A stretch of DNA of 64,000 nt from Eledone cirrhosa (GCA_964016885.1 OZ024760.1:26164001-26228000); one strand, 5' to 3'. Numbered from the stretch's first letter, positions 44,122 through 57,681 are shown. Made by a program: numbers and translations. Notes: generated by a model not told the origin, from the letters alone.

Positions 44122-44514
44122 CTTAGAATGGAAAACGATAGCAATAAAACAGCGATACATATATAGGATTTATACGTTGCATTGATTTCTTCATGGTAAA
44201 TAATATCTCATAACTCTCAGAGATGCATCCCTGCCAGTGTATGAACGCATCCTCTAGAGTATTTTCCATTCGAGCGTGAAGGGGGTGGAATTCTTATATA
44301 TATAAATAAATGACAAAAATGTATCGCTCTACATGGCTGAATGCAATAAATGTAATTCGAGTTTTTCGAATATTAATAATAATATTGGATTCATTTGCAA
44401 TTATGCAAACAGCCTATCTTTTTAAGCCATGTCTGTCTGATCAGCCAATATGCAAATCAGGCCGATGAATCACTGTATATTTTCACTAGCTCTGACAGTT
44501 GGCAGGTGAACAGT

Positions 44515-44565
44515 GAACTGCACTGATGAAAGGAAATCACCCAGAAACATTGGTGTCTGCAGTTC
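44515..44565 (+). ncRNA. Type I hammerhead motif
   Basis: GAACTGCA-CTGATGA-AAGGAAATCACCCA-GAAA-CATTGGTG-TC-TGCAGTTC (8-bp stem I). Confidence 0.82.
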
Positions 44566-44785
44566 TGTTTACATGTCAAGACAAGAGCAAGAATGAAGGG
44601 TTCAATCTTCTGACATGGCTATAAAATTGAGGCTTGCTTGTATAATTGCAAACGGATCGAATGTTATTATTAATATTCGAAAAACTCAGATTTCATTTAT
44701 ATATATATATACGTGTATATATATATGTGTGTGTTTGTGTGTGTGTGTGTGTGTATACACACACAAAAAAACACACACACACATA

Positions 44786-44897
<112 letters not shown>

Positions 44898-45346
44898 CAC
44901 ATATACACACATATATATATCTAGTATTCGAAGTTTGAAAGCCACGACAATGCGGATTGGACTGAAAAGAATTAAGTCGTAAGCAACGGGTCGAGGGTGT
45001 TTGTTTATATGCCCTGATATTTCGAGATTAAATCTCTTCTTCCGAGGAAAATGAAGGAATTATTCCAGTGTCCGATGCGGCTTAATTTATCATGCTGGCC
45101 GGAAGTGGTTATATTATTAATTTTTTAAAAACCGTTTTGTTTAAAATAATTAAGATCTGGACAGATCTAGGGGGCACAGAGTTATTTCCCTTTAAGTCTG
45201 ATCAGACATATATACTAAGTTAAACCCTCCCTCTAGATTCTTATTGCTTATTTTCAGTGCAATCTGCATCATCGTGTGTTTCAAACTTTGAATTCCTTAT
45301 ACCGTATACAACCCTTCAAATAAACTACAAATTCCTTCTCTCTATC

Positions 45347-45527
<181 letters not shown>

Positions 45528-45659
45528 ATTATACAAATACTTTTCATTTCTTAACGTTTTGAATAATATTAAAAACTCCAGGAAACAAACTGTTGAGTGC
45601 TTCTAATCTATTGTGAAATTGTATTCGTTGAGTAATCAACGAACCATACTAATCTTTGG

Positions 45660-45696
<37 letters not shown>

Positions 45697-46674
45697 GGTT
45701 TGTTGGTTACCACTGGATAGAACTGGTCATTCCGAATGGTCAATCCTGGTGTAATATTGTGAAGAGTACTCAACGCAATGCAGTTCACCCATCTTCGTTT
45801 GTGTAGTCAATGGTGCGAATACGGAGTTAATTATAAATGAAATAAAATAAACAGCCCAGCCTCCTGTTATTTTATTTCATATTTTATATATATATATATT
45901 TATCTGATATTTTGTAACTAACCTTACATAGATCAATAACATAGTGTAGCTACAATGTATTATCATCATCTTGAAACGATCGTAAAGCAGTCAAGTATAT
46001 CTCTAATGACTTTTTATTTCATTGTTTTAACTTATATCATGACTCTGTTTTCCTTTTAATGTTTTATTGTTTTCCGAGAATTATCGTAACCTACAACATT
46101 TTCAACATATGGATTACATCGAGATCTTCATGCAGAATAGACCCCACAACTTACTGTGGATACCTCTGTGTATATATATATATATATATGTAATACATAC
46201 GAAGATACATTTAAGCCTATATATATATATACACACATATATATTTATTTCTCCTTCTATTTGAATTTTTCTCTCTCCTTTTTCCCCCAATAACTTCCAC
46301 GAGTTATTGATGCACTGGAGTTAGATATATTGTCGTTAATGCTTTGAAATATCTGTGATCTCTAGCAGACAGCTGAAGAAGGGATTGTCCCTCATTTGTG
46401 CTTCACTTTTATTTTTAAATACACTTTATCGAGTAACCACACAGATACCTGTTTCTTCCAAACACACATATATATATATATAACAAAGAAAGTGTGTTAA
46501 GAAACCAGGTGGACAATAATTCACCAGAGTACTCAATACTTAGAGTAGTAGAGTGGGTAATATGAAAAGAGTCAGGACCCCGATGGCTGAGTTTCGGCCG
46601 TTTCGACAGCTAGGTCTGGGCAGGTCTAAGGGGCACAGAGTTATTTCCCTTTAAATCTGCTTAGCTACATATAA

Positions 46675-46848
46675 TTGTTTCTACTTTAGGCACAAGGCCA
46701 GCAATAACCCAGTACATTACTGGTACTTTATTTTATCGACCCCGTAAGGATGAAAGGCAAAGTTAACCTCGGCGGGATTTGAACTCAGACTGTAAAGGGA
46801 CGTAACTATGCTAGAAAACATGGCGTCCAACCCTCTACCGATACTGCC
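46675..46848 (-). mobile_element. tRNA-derived SINE
   Basis: Same family. Confidence 0.88.
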
Positions 46849-46944
46849 ATAATGGTTTCTACTTTAGGCACAATGCCAGCAATGTTCTGATCTAGCTGGT
46901 CTGGGCTCAGTCGTCGAGATCCTAACTCTTTTCCTATATATATA

Positions 46945-46995
<51 letters not shown>

Positions 46996-47409
46996 TTTCT
47001 TCCTCGCACTTCCACTCACTCACACTCTGTTTCTCCCCTTCTCACTTCCTCCCGTTTGGCTTGTAGTGGGTTCTCTTCCTGCTCACATCTCACTCACGTC
47101 GGATGGTCTGTATATCTCTCTCGCTCATGAAATCCACCCAGTTTATGCTGACAGGACAACCATGTTGCTTGTTTTTTCCTATCTTTGCGTTGCTTTCATC
47201 CTTCTATGTTGTTCACTTGTCCCCCTCGCTTTACGTGATTTACTTGTCCCAATAGCTTTATTTAGTTATTGCTCTCACCAACCGGAGGTATATGATTTTT
47301 AATGCGATGAAATACCAATGAAGGTTGGAAAATCACTGACGAAGGACTATTTTTATCATATGTAACCCATGTGCAACCACGCAGTATTCTTTCTTCTCAT
47401 GTTTTTTAT

Positions 47410-47761
47410 ATATATATATATATATATATAAACTTGTAGTTCCTGTCTGTGTTGGTCTGTCTGTTTGTTTGTTCACGAACTCCTCCTATGGTTTTGGAGA
47501 TAGACCCCAAAACCATATATATTCTGAAACAACATTGCCTAGAGTAATTGGATAAGTATATTTTATTTTAATCAAAGGGTTTTTTCCTTTCGATTTATAT
47601 GAAATTTAAACCATAGGTAAATCACAAGATTTAAAATTTCAATAATATTAAGACAACCTAATGGAGTTTTTCTCCATAAATTATATCACTGATTTAAAAT
47701 CAATCATCATTTTCTTACAAAACCATGTGTGAAACGCAGCAAGGCACGGGTAATTCGGCTA

Positions 47762-47762
<1 letters not shown>
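47410..47762 (+). mobile_element. Short non-autonomous Helitron-like element
   Basis: TATATAAA...GTCTGTCTGTTTGTTTGTTC head; ends GCACGGGTAATTCGGCTAG|T. Confidence 0.65.
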
Positions 47763-47850
<88 letters not shown>

Positions 47851-47895
47851 TGAATGGAGTGATTAGATAGATAAAATTTTGCGATAGTCATATAC

Positions 47896-48032
47896 CTTCA
47901 TTGCTTCATTTGTTGGTAGATAGACTGTTATATTCTTCAGTTGCGAGAAATATTTCGTCATTTCTTTCTCACGGAAAAGATTAGCGAAGACGTCAGCATT
48001 CTTGCTTTTGGCAATATCCAGAAAACTTTTGG
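47896..48032 (-). CDS. TGFBI: TGFBI/periostin-like exon G (FAS1-3 H1 motif)
   Basis: tgtttcaccAG / GTATAT; AKSFLDIAKSKNADVFANLFREKEMTKYFSQLKNITVYLPTNEAMK; phase 1 to 0. Confidence 0.9.
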
Positions 48033-48863
48033 CTGGTGAAACAAAAAATGTGAAGATGGACTGTGAATCAGATATATCCGGACTAGATTTCGAGATGCTA
48101 TCCCGTATAACGAGGCTACCAATTTACACTGATTTTGGCACAAGGCTAGCAATTAAGAGACACGGTCCAGTGCATTACTGGTACGTTATTTTATCGAGAG
48201 TGTAAGGACGAATGAAAGAAAAAGCTAACCTTGGCAGGGTTTGACACGCATGACGAAAAGAGATGTAACTATGCCACAAAGCATGTTGTCTATCGGTGTA
48301 GCTATTACTGCAAACTAGTATGTCTCTATCTATCTATCTAGGATAGGTAAAATTCCCGGATATGACATTAAACTGCATCTAATGGCAAGGCGCCAGTTCG
48401 GGAGTTCAAGACCTGTGGGGAATGTGGAGTTACCCCTTAGTTGTCATAACACCCAGGTCTGCTCCCTGCTCCGGCCCGGAGTAGTAGTATCTGTTAGGGC
48501 CCCATTTATGGGCTAAATAATTACCTTACTCGAGTGGCGCCGGTTAGGTATTATCAGCCATTGCAAAGAACGAACTAGTATACTACAGCAGGCATGTCAA
48601 ACTGAGGGCCCTCCAAGGACCACATAGGTCATGTATGTATTGTCTGAGGGCCCCACACGACAACTAATCGCCCACATTACAACAATCAATTTGTTTTCAT
48701 TTTATATTACGAAGATAAAACATGCTCTTGTTCGGAACAGTAGTACCTGTTAGCGCCCCATTTATGGGTTAAATATTTACCTCCCTCGAGTGGCACCGGT
48801 AAGGTATTATCAACAATTATTATATCAACAGATATTATCAACAAATTCAGCATTTCTAAAGCT

Positions 48864-49215
48864 TGAAGATTATAATTAACAGCACTAGGTTTAGAGCCCC
48901 TAACTACACTGTAACTGCACTGATATTTACGTTTAGATTTTCCTCCTTTAGATTCCAAACATATCTCGACAAAGGTATAGCAACATTTTTATATACGTCG
49001 TTGCGTGATAACCAGGCTTATCTTTCATTCGCTTCAAATTTTGAAGTACTAAGATCGAAACAAAAAACAATAGCTGATCCTATGCTCTCCCTTCCAACTA
49101 ATTTTAAGGTTTAAAAAACTGTCTATACTTGATGTGCTTACCTCATTCGTTGGAGCAAAGACTGTGTAAGGTCCAGATATATTCAGGATATTTTCAATAA
49201 GTCCTGTCGTTTTGA
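48864..49215 (-). pseudogene. Diverged duplicate of the 3' half of exon J plus its donor site and about 280 nt of following intron
   Basis: Aligns by eye with 38176..38527 (roughly 90% or better); encodes KTTGLIENILNISGPYTVFAPTNE|GTAAGC. Confidence 0.9.
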
Positions 49216-49253
49216 AAAGAACGAACTAGTATACTACAGTAAAAAAGACTTAC

Positions 49254-49466
49254 CACTTTCAGGAACTAAGACATTGTCAATAATATGAACGACACCATTG
49301 GTGGTAGGAATATCACGTACAACCATCTGTGCATTGTTAACAAACAGTTTGCCAGCTTCGTCACGATACAAATGTAGATATTCTTTAATGATATTTGGTT
49401 GACGTATGTTGTCTACTATAGGTGTAGTACAGATGACACTTGGTAGAATATGGTGCTTAAGAATAA
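49254..49466 (-). CDS. TGFBI: TGFBI/periostin-like exon F (FAS1-2 HH and H2 motifs)
   Basis: aaatttcAG / GTAAGT; VILKHHILPSVICTTPIV...GKLFVNNAQMVVRDIPTTNGVVHIIDNVLVPES; phase 1 to 1. Confidence 0.93.
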
Positions 49467-49510
49467 CTGAAATTTAGAAAGGTGAATAGTAATATTAATA
49501 ATAAAAATAA

Positions 49511-49670
49511 TTGTTTCTACTTTTGGCACAAGGCCAGCAATTTTGGGGGAGGGGAAAGTCGATTAAACCGACCCCAATGCATTACTCGTACTTTATTTTA
49601 TCGGCCCCGTAAGGATGAAAGTCAAAGTTAACCTCGGCGGGATTTGAAATCAAAACGTAAAGGGACGTAA
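49511..49670 (-). mobile_element. tRNA-derived SINE, variant subfamily, truncated
   Basis: Same core with an extra GGGGAGGGG segment. Confidence 0.8.
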
Positions 49671-49706
49671 TGGTTTCTGAGTAAGGTACGATATACTATG
49701 GTACTG

Positions 49707-49783
<77 letters not shown>

Positions 49784-49785
49784 CA

Positions 49786-49821
<36 letters not shown>

Positions 49822-50006
49822 TATTAGAGCAAACATCACGAGCGCTCTATCTCAAAATTATTTTTGAAAAGCATTAGAAATGCGCAGCCGGTAAAAACTT
49901 AAAACTAAAACTGAATACTAACCAATACTTATTACTAATTTATACTTATTCCTAATTAAACTATTTTTCACAGGGAAAAATTTGTCAGCATTTTCTTTTA
50001 CTTTTA

Positions 50007-50060
<54 letters not shown>

Positions 50061-50082
50061 TATATATACATACATATATACG

Positions 50083-50117
<35 letters not shown>

Positions 50118-50129
50118 CTATATATATAT

Positions 50130-50163
<34 letters not shown>

Positions 50164-50168
50164 TATAA

Positions 50169-50241
<73 letters not shown>

Positions 50242-50554
50242 ATTTACCTTCAAGCATAGCTGTATACAGGTATGTTTAGAAATTTCGTATTTCTAAAGAA
50301 ACACGGTATGTTTACAGGGTAAACATTTAGGAAGCCGTAGCTATGCAGAAACCACCGGGGCTAATGCCTTCTGGTGGTGTCCAACAGAAGCAAGGGGGAC
50401 AATCAGTATATATATATATATATATACAGAGATATCTAGGGTAAGTTGTGGGGTCTAGTCTGCATGAAGAACTCAATGTAATCCATGTGTTGAATATGTT
50501 GTAGGTTAAAATAAATCCCGGAAAACAATAAAACATTAAAAGGAAAACAGAGTC

Positions 50555-50915
50555 ATGATATAAGTTAAAACAATGAAATAAAAAATCAAGTCATTAGAAA
50601 TATACTTCACTGCTTTACGATCGTTTCTAGGTGATGATAACACATCGTAACCATACTTCGTTATCGATCTATATAAGATTAGTTACAAAATATCAGATAA
50701 GGAAAATATTTACTTACATGTATATCACCAGCTGTTGTCAAAAGCTGGTGATATACATGTAAGTAAATATTTTCCTTATCTAATATTTTGTAACTAACCT
50801 TACATAGATCGATAACGAAGTATGGTTACGATGTATTATCATCACCTAGAAACGATCGTAAAGCAGTGAAGTATATTTCTAATGACTTGATTTTTTTATT
50901 TCATTGTTTTAACTT
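50555..50915. repeat. About 360-bp fold-back palindrome just downstream of the exon E donor
   Basis: Centre near 50735; a solo arm copy lies at about 45900-46065. Confidence 0.92.
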
Positions 50916-50940
50916 ATATATATATATATATTCAACTCAC

Positions 50941-51081
50941 CGCCAGAACAGTCGTCACGTCCCTGCAACAGTTTCTTGTAAATAGTTTTATCAAGCTTTT
51001 GAAATGCTGAATTTGTTGGTGCGAACACTGTTAGATGGCCATCGCTCTCCAGCAGGTTAGACAGACCAGCTTTGTGAATGA
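50941..51081 (-). CDS. TGFBI: TGFBI/periostin-like exon E (FAS1-2 H1 motif)
   Basis: ttattccAG / GTGAGT; VIHKAGLSNLLESDGHLTVFAPTNSAFQKLDKTIYKKLLQGRDDCSG; phase 1 to 1. Confidence 0.93.
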
Positions 51082-51123
51082 CTGGAATAATAATAATAAT
51101 AATAATAACAATAATAATAATAA

Positions 51124-51487
51124 TAAAAGATCGTGCCTGATTGTGGATGTAGCCTGCCCATTCGACACGAGAGTGCAAGAGAAGGATAGGAAGAAAATTA
51201 ACCGATACCAGGACTTAAAGTGGGAGGTAAAAAGGATTTGGAACTGCCATGAAGTCAAAGTGGTCCCGATTGTCATAGGCGCACTAGGTACTATCTCAAG
51301 GAGTTTCCAGGGATGGTTAAAGAAGATTAGTCCAGCCCCGCTTTTTGGAACACTTCAAAAGGCATGCTTGCTGGGAACAGCAAGAACCCTCCGATACGTC
51401 CTGAATATCTGAGGCTGCAGGTAGTGGCTTGATATTCATTTCAACAAACTTTCCAGTTAAATAACATCAATGACTGAGACTCAAAGA
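51124..51487 (+). mobile_element. 5'-truncated Dong/R4-like LINE in (AAT)n
   Basis: Same RLE C-terminus as 36292-36781; (AAT)n flanks. Confidence 0.9.
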
Positions 51488-51509
51488 ATAATAATAATAA
51501 TAATAATAA

Positions 51510-51694
51510 TTGTTTCTACTTTAGGCACAAGGCCAGCAATTATCCAGTGCATTACTGGTACTTTATTTTATCGACCCCGTAAGGATGAAAGGCAAAGTTA
51601 ACCTCGGCGGGATTTGAACTCAGATCGTAAAGGGACGTAACTATGCTGGAAAGCATGGCGTCCGACCCTCTACCGATACTGCCAATCCGCCGCC
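51510..51694 (-). mobile_element. tRNA-derived SINE between two Dong/R4 copies
   Basis: Full-length copy with (AAT)n flanks. Confidence 0.88.
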
Positions 51695-51725
<31 letters not shown>

Positions 51726-51748
51726 TAATAAATATAATAATAATAAAA

Positions 51749-53203
51749 TATGAAGTCCTGGAAAACAGAGTTAACGTCGGGTGGAGAATTCTTGGGAGGC
51801 GTGAAGATCAAGAGAGGCATCTTCCAGGGAGATAGTTTGTCCCCTCTGATGTTTGTCCTTGCCCTGATCCCCCTGACCATAATACTGCGAAAAGTGAGAG
51901 CAGGATACAAGTTGGGAAAGGGAGAGCTTACCATCAATCACCCCCTCTTCATGGACGATCTTAAGCTCTTCGGGAAGAGTGAGAAGGAGTTGGATGTGCT
52001 TGTTGACACTGTCCGTATTTTCAGCAATGATATATGTATGCAATTTGGTATTAGTAAATGTGGAGTCATTGTGATGAAGAGGGGTAAATTGAACAGAAGC
52101 AACGGAATCCAGGTACCAACAGGTGAGATGATAAAGGAAATTGACACTCGAGATGGATACAAATATTTAGGTGTTCTGGAGGCAGATGACATCAAGAACA
52201 AAAAAATGAAGGAATTGATAAGATCTGAATACATTCGGAGAGTAAGGAGCGTATTAAAATCACACCTGAACAGTAGGAATGCCATAAGTGCAGTAAATTC
52301 CCAAGCTGTGTCTATTATTAGGTACAGTGCGGGAATTCTGAGATGGAATGTTGCTGAACAAAAAGAAATGGATAGGAATACTAGGAAGCTATTGACTATC
52401 TACAACATGTTCCACAAGAGGAGTGAAGTCGATAGACTCTACTTAAGGAAATCTGAAGGTGGAAGAGGATGGAGAAAAACGACCTACACAAATACGTGAC
52501 TGATAGTAGGGAGCCAATGCTCAGAATTGTACTGAAGGAGAGGACAATAGACCAGGGGATGTCCAAGGAGGAAATAACAACAAGGAGGAAGAGCAACCTT
52601 CATGAAAAATCCCTTCATAGTACCTTATTTGAGAAAACTGAATTTAGAGATCCACAGAGATGGAACTGGTTGAAAAGAGGAGACCTTAAAAAGGCTACAG
52701 AAGGAATGTTAATGGCTGCGCAAGAGCAGGCACTCAAAACGAAGTGGGTGAAACACCATATTTACAAGGAGGAGGCTAGCCCACTGTGTAGGATCTGTGG
52801 AGAGAGAGAATAGACCTGACCTGGTGGTTTTGGACAAGGAAAAAAGATCGTGCCTGATTGTGGATGTAGCCTGCCCATTCGACACGAGAGTGCAAGAGAA
52901 GGAGCGGGAGAAAATTAACCGATTCCAGGACCTAAAGTGGGAGGTAAAAAGGATTTGGAACTGCCATGAAGTCAAAGTGGTCCCGATTGTCATAAGAGCA
53001 CTAGGTACTATCTCAAAAAGTTTCCAGGGATGGTTAAAGAAAATTGGCACCGCCACGCTTTTTGGAACGCTTCAAAAGGCATGCTTGCTGGGAACAGCAA
53101 GAAACCTCCGATACGTCCTGAATATCTGAGACTGCAGGTAGTGGCTTGATATTCATTTCAACAAACTTTCCAGTTAACTAACATCAATGACTGAGACTCA
53201 AAG
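51749..53203 (+). mobile_element. Longer Dong/R4-like LINE copy (RT C-half, CCHC start, RLE) with internal deletions
   Basis: GIFQGDSLSP, FMDDLKLF, YKYLG, GGRG, AAQEQAL, CRICGE, RPDLVV; (AAT)n flanks. Confidence 0.9.
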
Positions 53204-53229
53204 AATAATAATAATAATAATAATAATAA

Positions 53230-53620
53230 TTGTTTCTACTTTTGGCACAAGGCCAGCAATTATCCCAGTGCATTACTGGTACTTCATTTTATCGACCACA
53301 TAAGGATGAATGAAGGTAAAACTAATTTCGGCAGGCTTTGCAACCTGAACGTAAAGGGCCGTAACTATATGCCACGAAGCAGGATGTTCGACGCTCTACC
53401 GATTACTGCCAGAAACATAGTAATAATGGTTTCTGATTTAGGCACAATGTCAACATATTTTTGTGGGTGGGGAGTTGGGGTGAGGCGGGGCGGAGAGGAT
53501 TGAATCAACACCAGTGCACTACTGGTATTTTACTTTATCGACTCCGTAAGGATGAAAGTTGACTCTGGTTGTTTTTGAACTAGGAACGTAAAGGAACGTA
53601 ACTAAATGTCACAAAGCATT
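53230..53620 (-). mobile_element. Two adjacent older SINE copies
   Basis: Diverged copies of the same core at 53230-53411 and 53428-53620. Confidence 0.75.
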
Positions 53621-53635
53621 TCGTTTCATGATATG

Positions 53636-53723
<88 letters not shown>

Positions 53724-53752
53724 AAGAGAGAGAGAGAGTTACAGAGAAAGAA

Positions 53753-53853
<101 letters not shown>

Positions 53854-53906
53854 GTTAGAGAGTGGAGTGGGGTGAGGATAAAAAATATAAAAATATTCAT
53901 GCTAAC

Positions 53907-54057
53907 CATCACTAAAGTCGCTCAAATCAGGGTTAGAACTGATGTATTCCGATAGTGTACTTGTGACTGGTTCTAGTACTTTATCGACTATGTGGACAAC
54001 ACCATTTTTCGTTTTATGGTCAGCAGACCTCACCTTAATGCAATTGGCTGTCACTAC
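53907..54057 (-). CDS. TGFBI: TGFBI/periostin-like exon D (FAS1-1 H2 motif, start of FAS1-2)
   Basis: taatttcAG / GTTAGC; VVTANCIKVRSADHKTKNGVVHIVDKVLEPVTSTLSEYISSNPDLSDFSD; phase 0 to 1; absent from the ORF track. Confidence 0.93.
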
Positions 54058-54250
54058 CTGAAATTAAAGTTCATAGACGGTTATTCGAAGATAAGACCTC
54101 ATAGTAATTATGTAATAAACAACATATATAATGGTAAAACAGAAAAAAAAGTAGAAAATTCTAGCGGGAGTTTCTCATAAAATAACAACAAAGCAATTAT
54201 ACAATTATACTATCCCGTTAGTATTTTCTACTGTTTTTTTCTTTTTTACC

Positions 54251-54307
<57 letters not shown>

Positions 54308-54378
54308 ATAATAATAAATGTGAAGAATAAAATCCAAAGAGGGCTCGAGAAGGATAAATATATCAAATATATAAGAAC

Positions 54379-54476
<98 letters not shown>

Positions 54477-54570
54477 AAAATAACAGATTAAAGTTTAAGC
54501 AAAGAATCGCTGCTTTCATATATATATATATATGAAAGCAGCGATTCTTTGCTTAAACTTTAATCTGTTA

Positions 54571-54627
<57 letters not shown>

Positions 54628-54946
54628 ACAGGGAGAAAGAGATGATTATTAGGAAGAAAAATATTTTTTTTTCCCCTTTTTATTTCTTTCTTTCTTTTTT
54701 CTGGGTTAGAAAATGATTAAAACGAAATGTTTTACTTTGTGTGAAGTGTTAAGGTATTAGTTGATTTATTTATTATTTAACAATGGCATTTATTTATCTA
54801 TTTATATATTTAATAATTGTCTATTACCGGTTTCAGCATTTATATGCATTATCAAATGATAGTGAAATGTATTAGTCTGGTGTCGCACATGTTAAACAGA
54901 AGGTGCAGAAAGAATAATGTTATTTACAAACAAGGTTTATGAAGTG

Positions 54947-55188
54947 AAAAGAAAAAAGAAAAAGAAAAAAGAAAAAAGAAAAAAGAAAAAAGAAAAAAGA
55001 AAAAAGAAAAAAGAAAAAAGAAAAAAGAAAAAAGAAAAAAGAAAAAAGAAAAAAGAAAAAAGAAAAAAGAAAAAAGAGAAAAGAGAAAAGAGAAAAGAGA
55101 AAAGAAAAAAGAAAAAAGAAAAAAGAAAAAAGAAAAAAGAAAAAAGAAAAAAGAAAAAAGAAAAAAGAAAAAAGAAAAAAGAAAAAAG
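54947..55188. repeat. (GAAAAAA)n heptamer array
   Basis: Seen directly. Confidence 0.97.
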
Positions 55189-55332
55189 AGGCGTAATGTG
55201 GAGCATAAAAAGACAATGTGAAAGAAAAAATAATGTTATTTACAGGCATAGTTCTTGAAGTTAAGCAGATCAAAATGTGTTAATATAGCAAGGGTGCTTA
55301 GTTGATCCATGATTCCATGATGGAGGCAAATG

Positions 55333-55394
<62 letters not shown>

Positions 55395-55401
<7 letters not shown>

Positions 55402-55915
55402 ATACTTTGGGAGAGTTATGTTGCCAATAAGAAACACACGCGCCAGTTGCTTTCACTTCAATTTATTATAATAAACTTATAAATTTAGGAATTTATAAAT
55501 TTCCGGTTGGTTGGTTGGTTCCACAGCCAGATGGTTGTTTATATATTGTCAAAGTTCTTTCGTCACACATTCTGTGACCTATTCAGTGATTGGGGATTCG
55601 TTTCTTTGTTTTTTGTGACTCTCCTTTGTTCTGTCCTACGCCATCTTGTTTCAAAAGAAACAAGATGGCGTAGAACAGAACAAAGGAGAGGCACAAAAAA
55701 AAAAAAAAAGAATCCCCAATCACTGAAGAGGTCACAGAATGTGTGACGAAAGAACTTTGACAATATATAAACAACCATCTGGTTGTGGAACCAACCGACC
55801 AACCGGAAATTTATAAATTCCTAAATTTATAAATTTATTATAATAAATTGAAGTGAAAGCAACTGGTGCGTGTGTTTCTTATTGGCAACATGACCCTCCC
55901 AACGTATAACAATAT
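55395..55915. repeat. About 520-bp fold-back palindrome
   Basis: Centre CATCTTGTTTC-AAAA-GAAACAAGATG; hammerhead-like CTGAAGAGGTCACA..TGTGACGAAA in the right arm. Confidence 0.95.
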
Positions 55916-55961
55916 CGGTTTCAACACACGTTTTCAGATAAAGAATCTTGCATTCAGAAAC

Positions 55962-56086
<125 letters not shown>

Positions 56087-56103
56087 ATATATATATATAT
56101 ACA

Positions 56104-56159
<56 letters not shown>

Positions 56160-56229
56160 TATATATATATATATATAATATTATATTATATATATAATAT
56201 TATATTATATATATATATATATATATATA

Positions 56230-56820
56230 TGGTGGCTGCCAACTCGTTTTCGAGTACGGCCACTACTTTATATCCATGTAGGAGAACCCCTACCGATGCG
56301 CTGAACGAGTGTGACTTTTGAGTCCAGCCAGCGACTTGATAACTCTGGTACAAACACTACACTTGTGACAATTATTGACACATAGTGCTGGGCCCATGGT
56401 ACCATGTGACAAGTGCAGAGATCTCCAGATATAAAGCAATGCCTGTGCCATGAAGCTTTTATAGTGAGCAAAGGCATTGCACAGAGCCAGTCCCACTCTC
56501 TTAACCAAGATGATATTTACCAAAAAGTAGAACAAGTCAACATCATTGGATACCATCAGGGTTGCAGGTGTTATATCAGAGTTTTCCTTCTCCTAGAATT
56601 CTGCTTTGACAAAGGCTAAGGGGTCATCTCTCCCGGTGATTTTGGATGGCCATTGACTCTTAAGAGCTCCTTTGCCCTTTGACAGGTTTTGTTTTTAGTC
56701 CTGCAGGATGTCCAAAGTCACCCTCCTCACCAAGAAACCTTGGTGGGGTTGCCAGTTTAGTCGCCAACGACCCGACCATGAAACAGGTTGTACTGGGATA
56801 CATGTTACCAGTAGCACCAA
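56230..56820 (-). mobile_element. Internally deleted RTE-related element
   Basis: C-terminal C2H2 finger CSVCTRVIKSLAGLKSHTRSAH lies directly after the shared 5' head. Confidence 0.65.
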
Positions 56821-56860
56821 CTGGTGCTACTGGTAACATATATATATATATATATATATA

Positions 56861-57236
56861 TTTAATATAGAAAAGGCTTCTACAGGACTAGAACTGTTTC
56901 ACTCGGAAGAAATCATCAAGTAGCCGACTGTCCAAATAATATGGTGGTACCATTTATACATTTTCAGGTGGTAGGAGAGGGTGGAGATTGGGATGGGTGG
57001 AGGTCATTGGTTGGTGGATTTAAAGAAAAGGGAATTTCTTTAAATATAGTTTATAAAGAATTCCCTTTTCTTTAAATACATCAACCAATGACCTCCACCC
57101 ATCACAATCACCACCCTCTCCTACCCCCAGAAAAGGTATAAATGGTACCACCCTATTTCTTGGGCAGTCGGCTTCCTGATGATTTCTCCCGAATGAAACA
57201 GTTCTAGTTCTGTAGAAGCCATTTCTATATTAAATA
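56861..57236. repeat. About 375-bp fold-back palindrome
   Basis: Diverged arms, each with a hammerhead motif. Confidence 0.92.
57170..57220 (+). ncRNA. Type I hammerhead motif (mutated mirror copy at 56875-56925 minus)
   Basis: GGCTTC-CTGATGA-TTTCTCCCGAAT-GAAA-CAG..CTG-TA-GAAGCC. Confidence 0.82.
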
Positions 57237-57564
57237 TATATATATATATAGTTATATTATATATAGAGTTATAAACTCAAATAGTCTTTTACAATTAAAT
57301 AGTTCAAAGAAAGGAATATTTCTGAGCCGTGTAATACAAATGAATATATGATAGGGATAAACACTGATACAAGTATACATGTGTTTGCATTGCAAATGAC
57401 CAAGTTAGCTAGATTGAAAAATACTAATTAAAATACTAATTATTTTAATTAGTATTTTTCAATCTAGCTAACTTGGTCATTTGCAATGCAAACACATGTA
57501 TACTTGTATCAGTGTTTATCCCTATCATATATTCATTTGTATATATATTTATATATATATATAT

Positions 57565-57601
<37 letters not shown>

Positions 57602-57681
57602 TGTGTGTGTACGTGTGTGTGTGTCTGTGTGTGTTTGTGTGTGTGTGTTAAATTTTGTGAAATATAAAGGGAGATAGTCAC

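Noticed and set aside
54917-55273. Lys-rich and Phe-rich ORFs
   Set aside because: Heptamer A-rich microsatellite.
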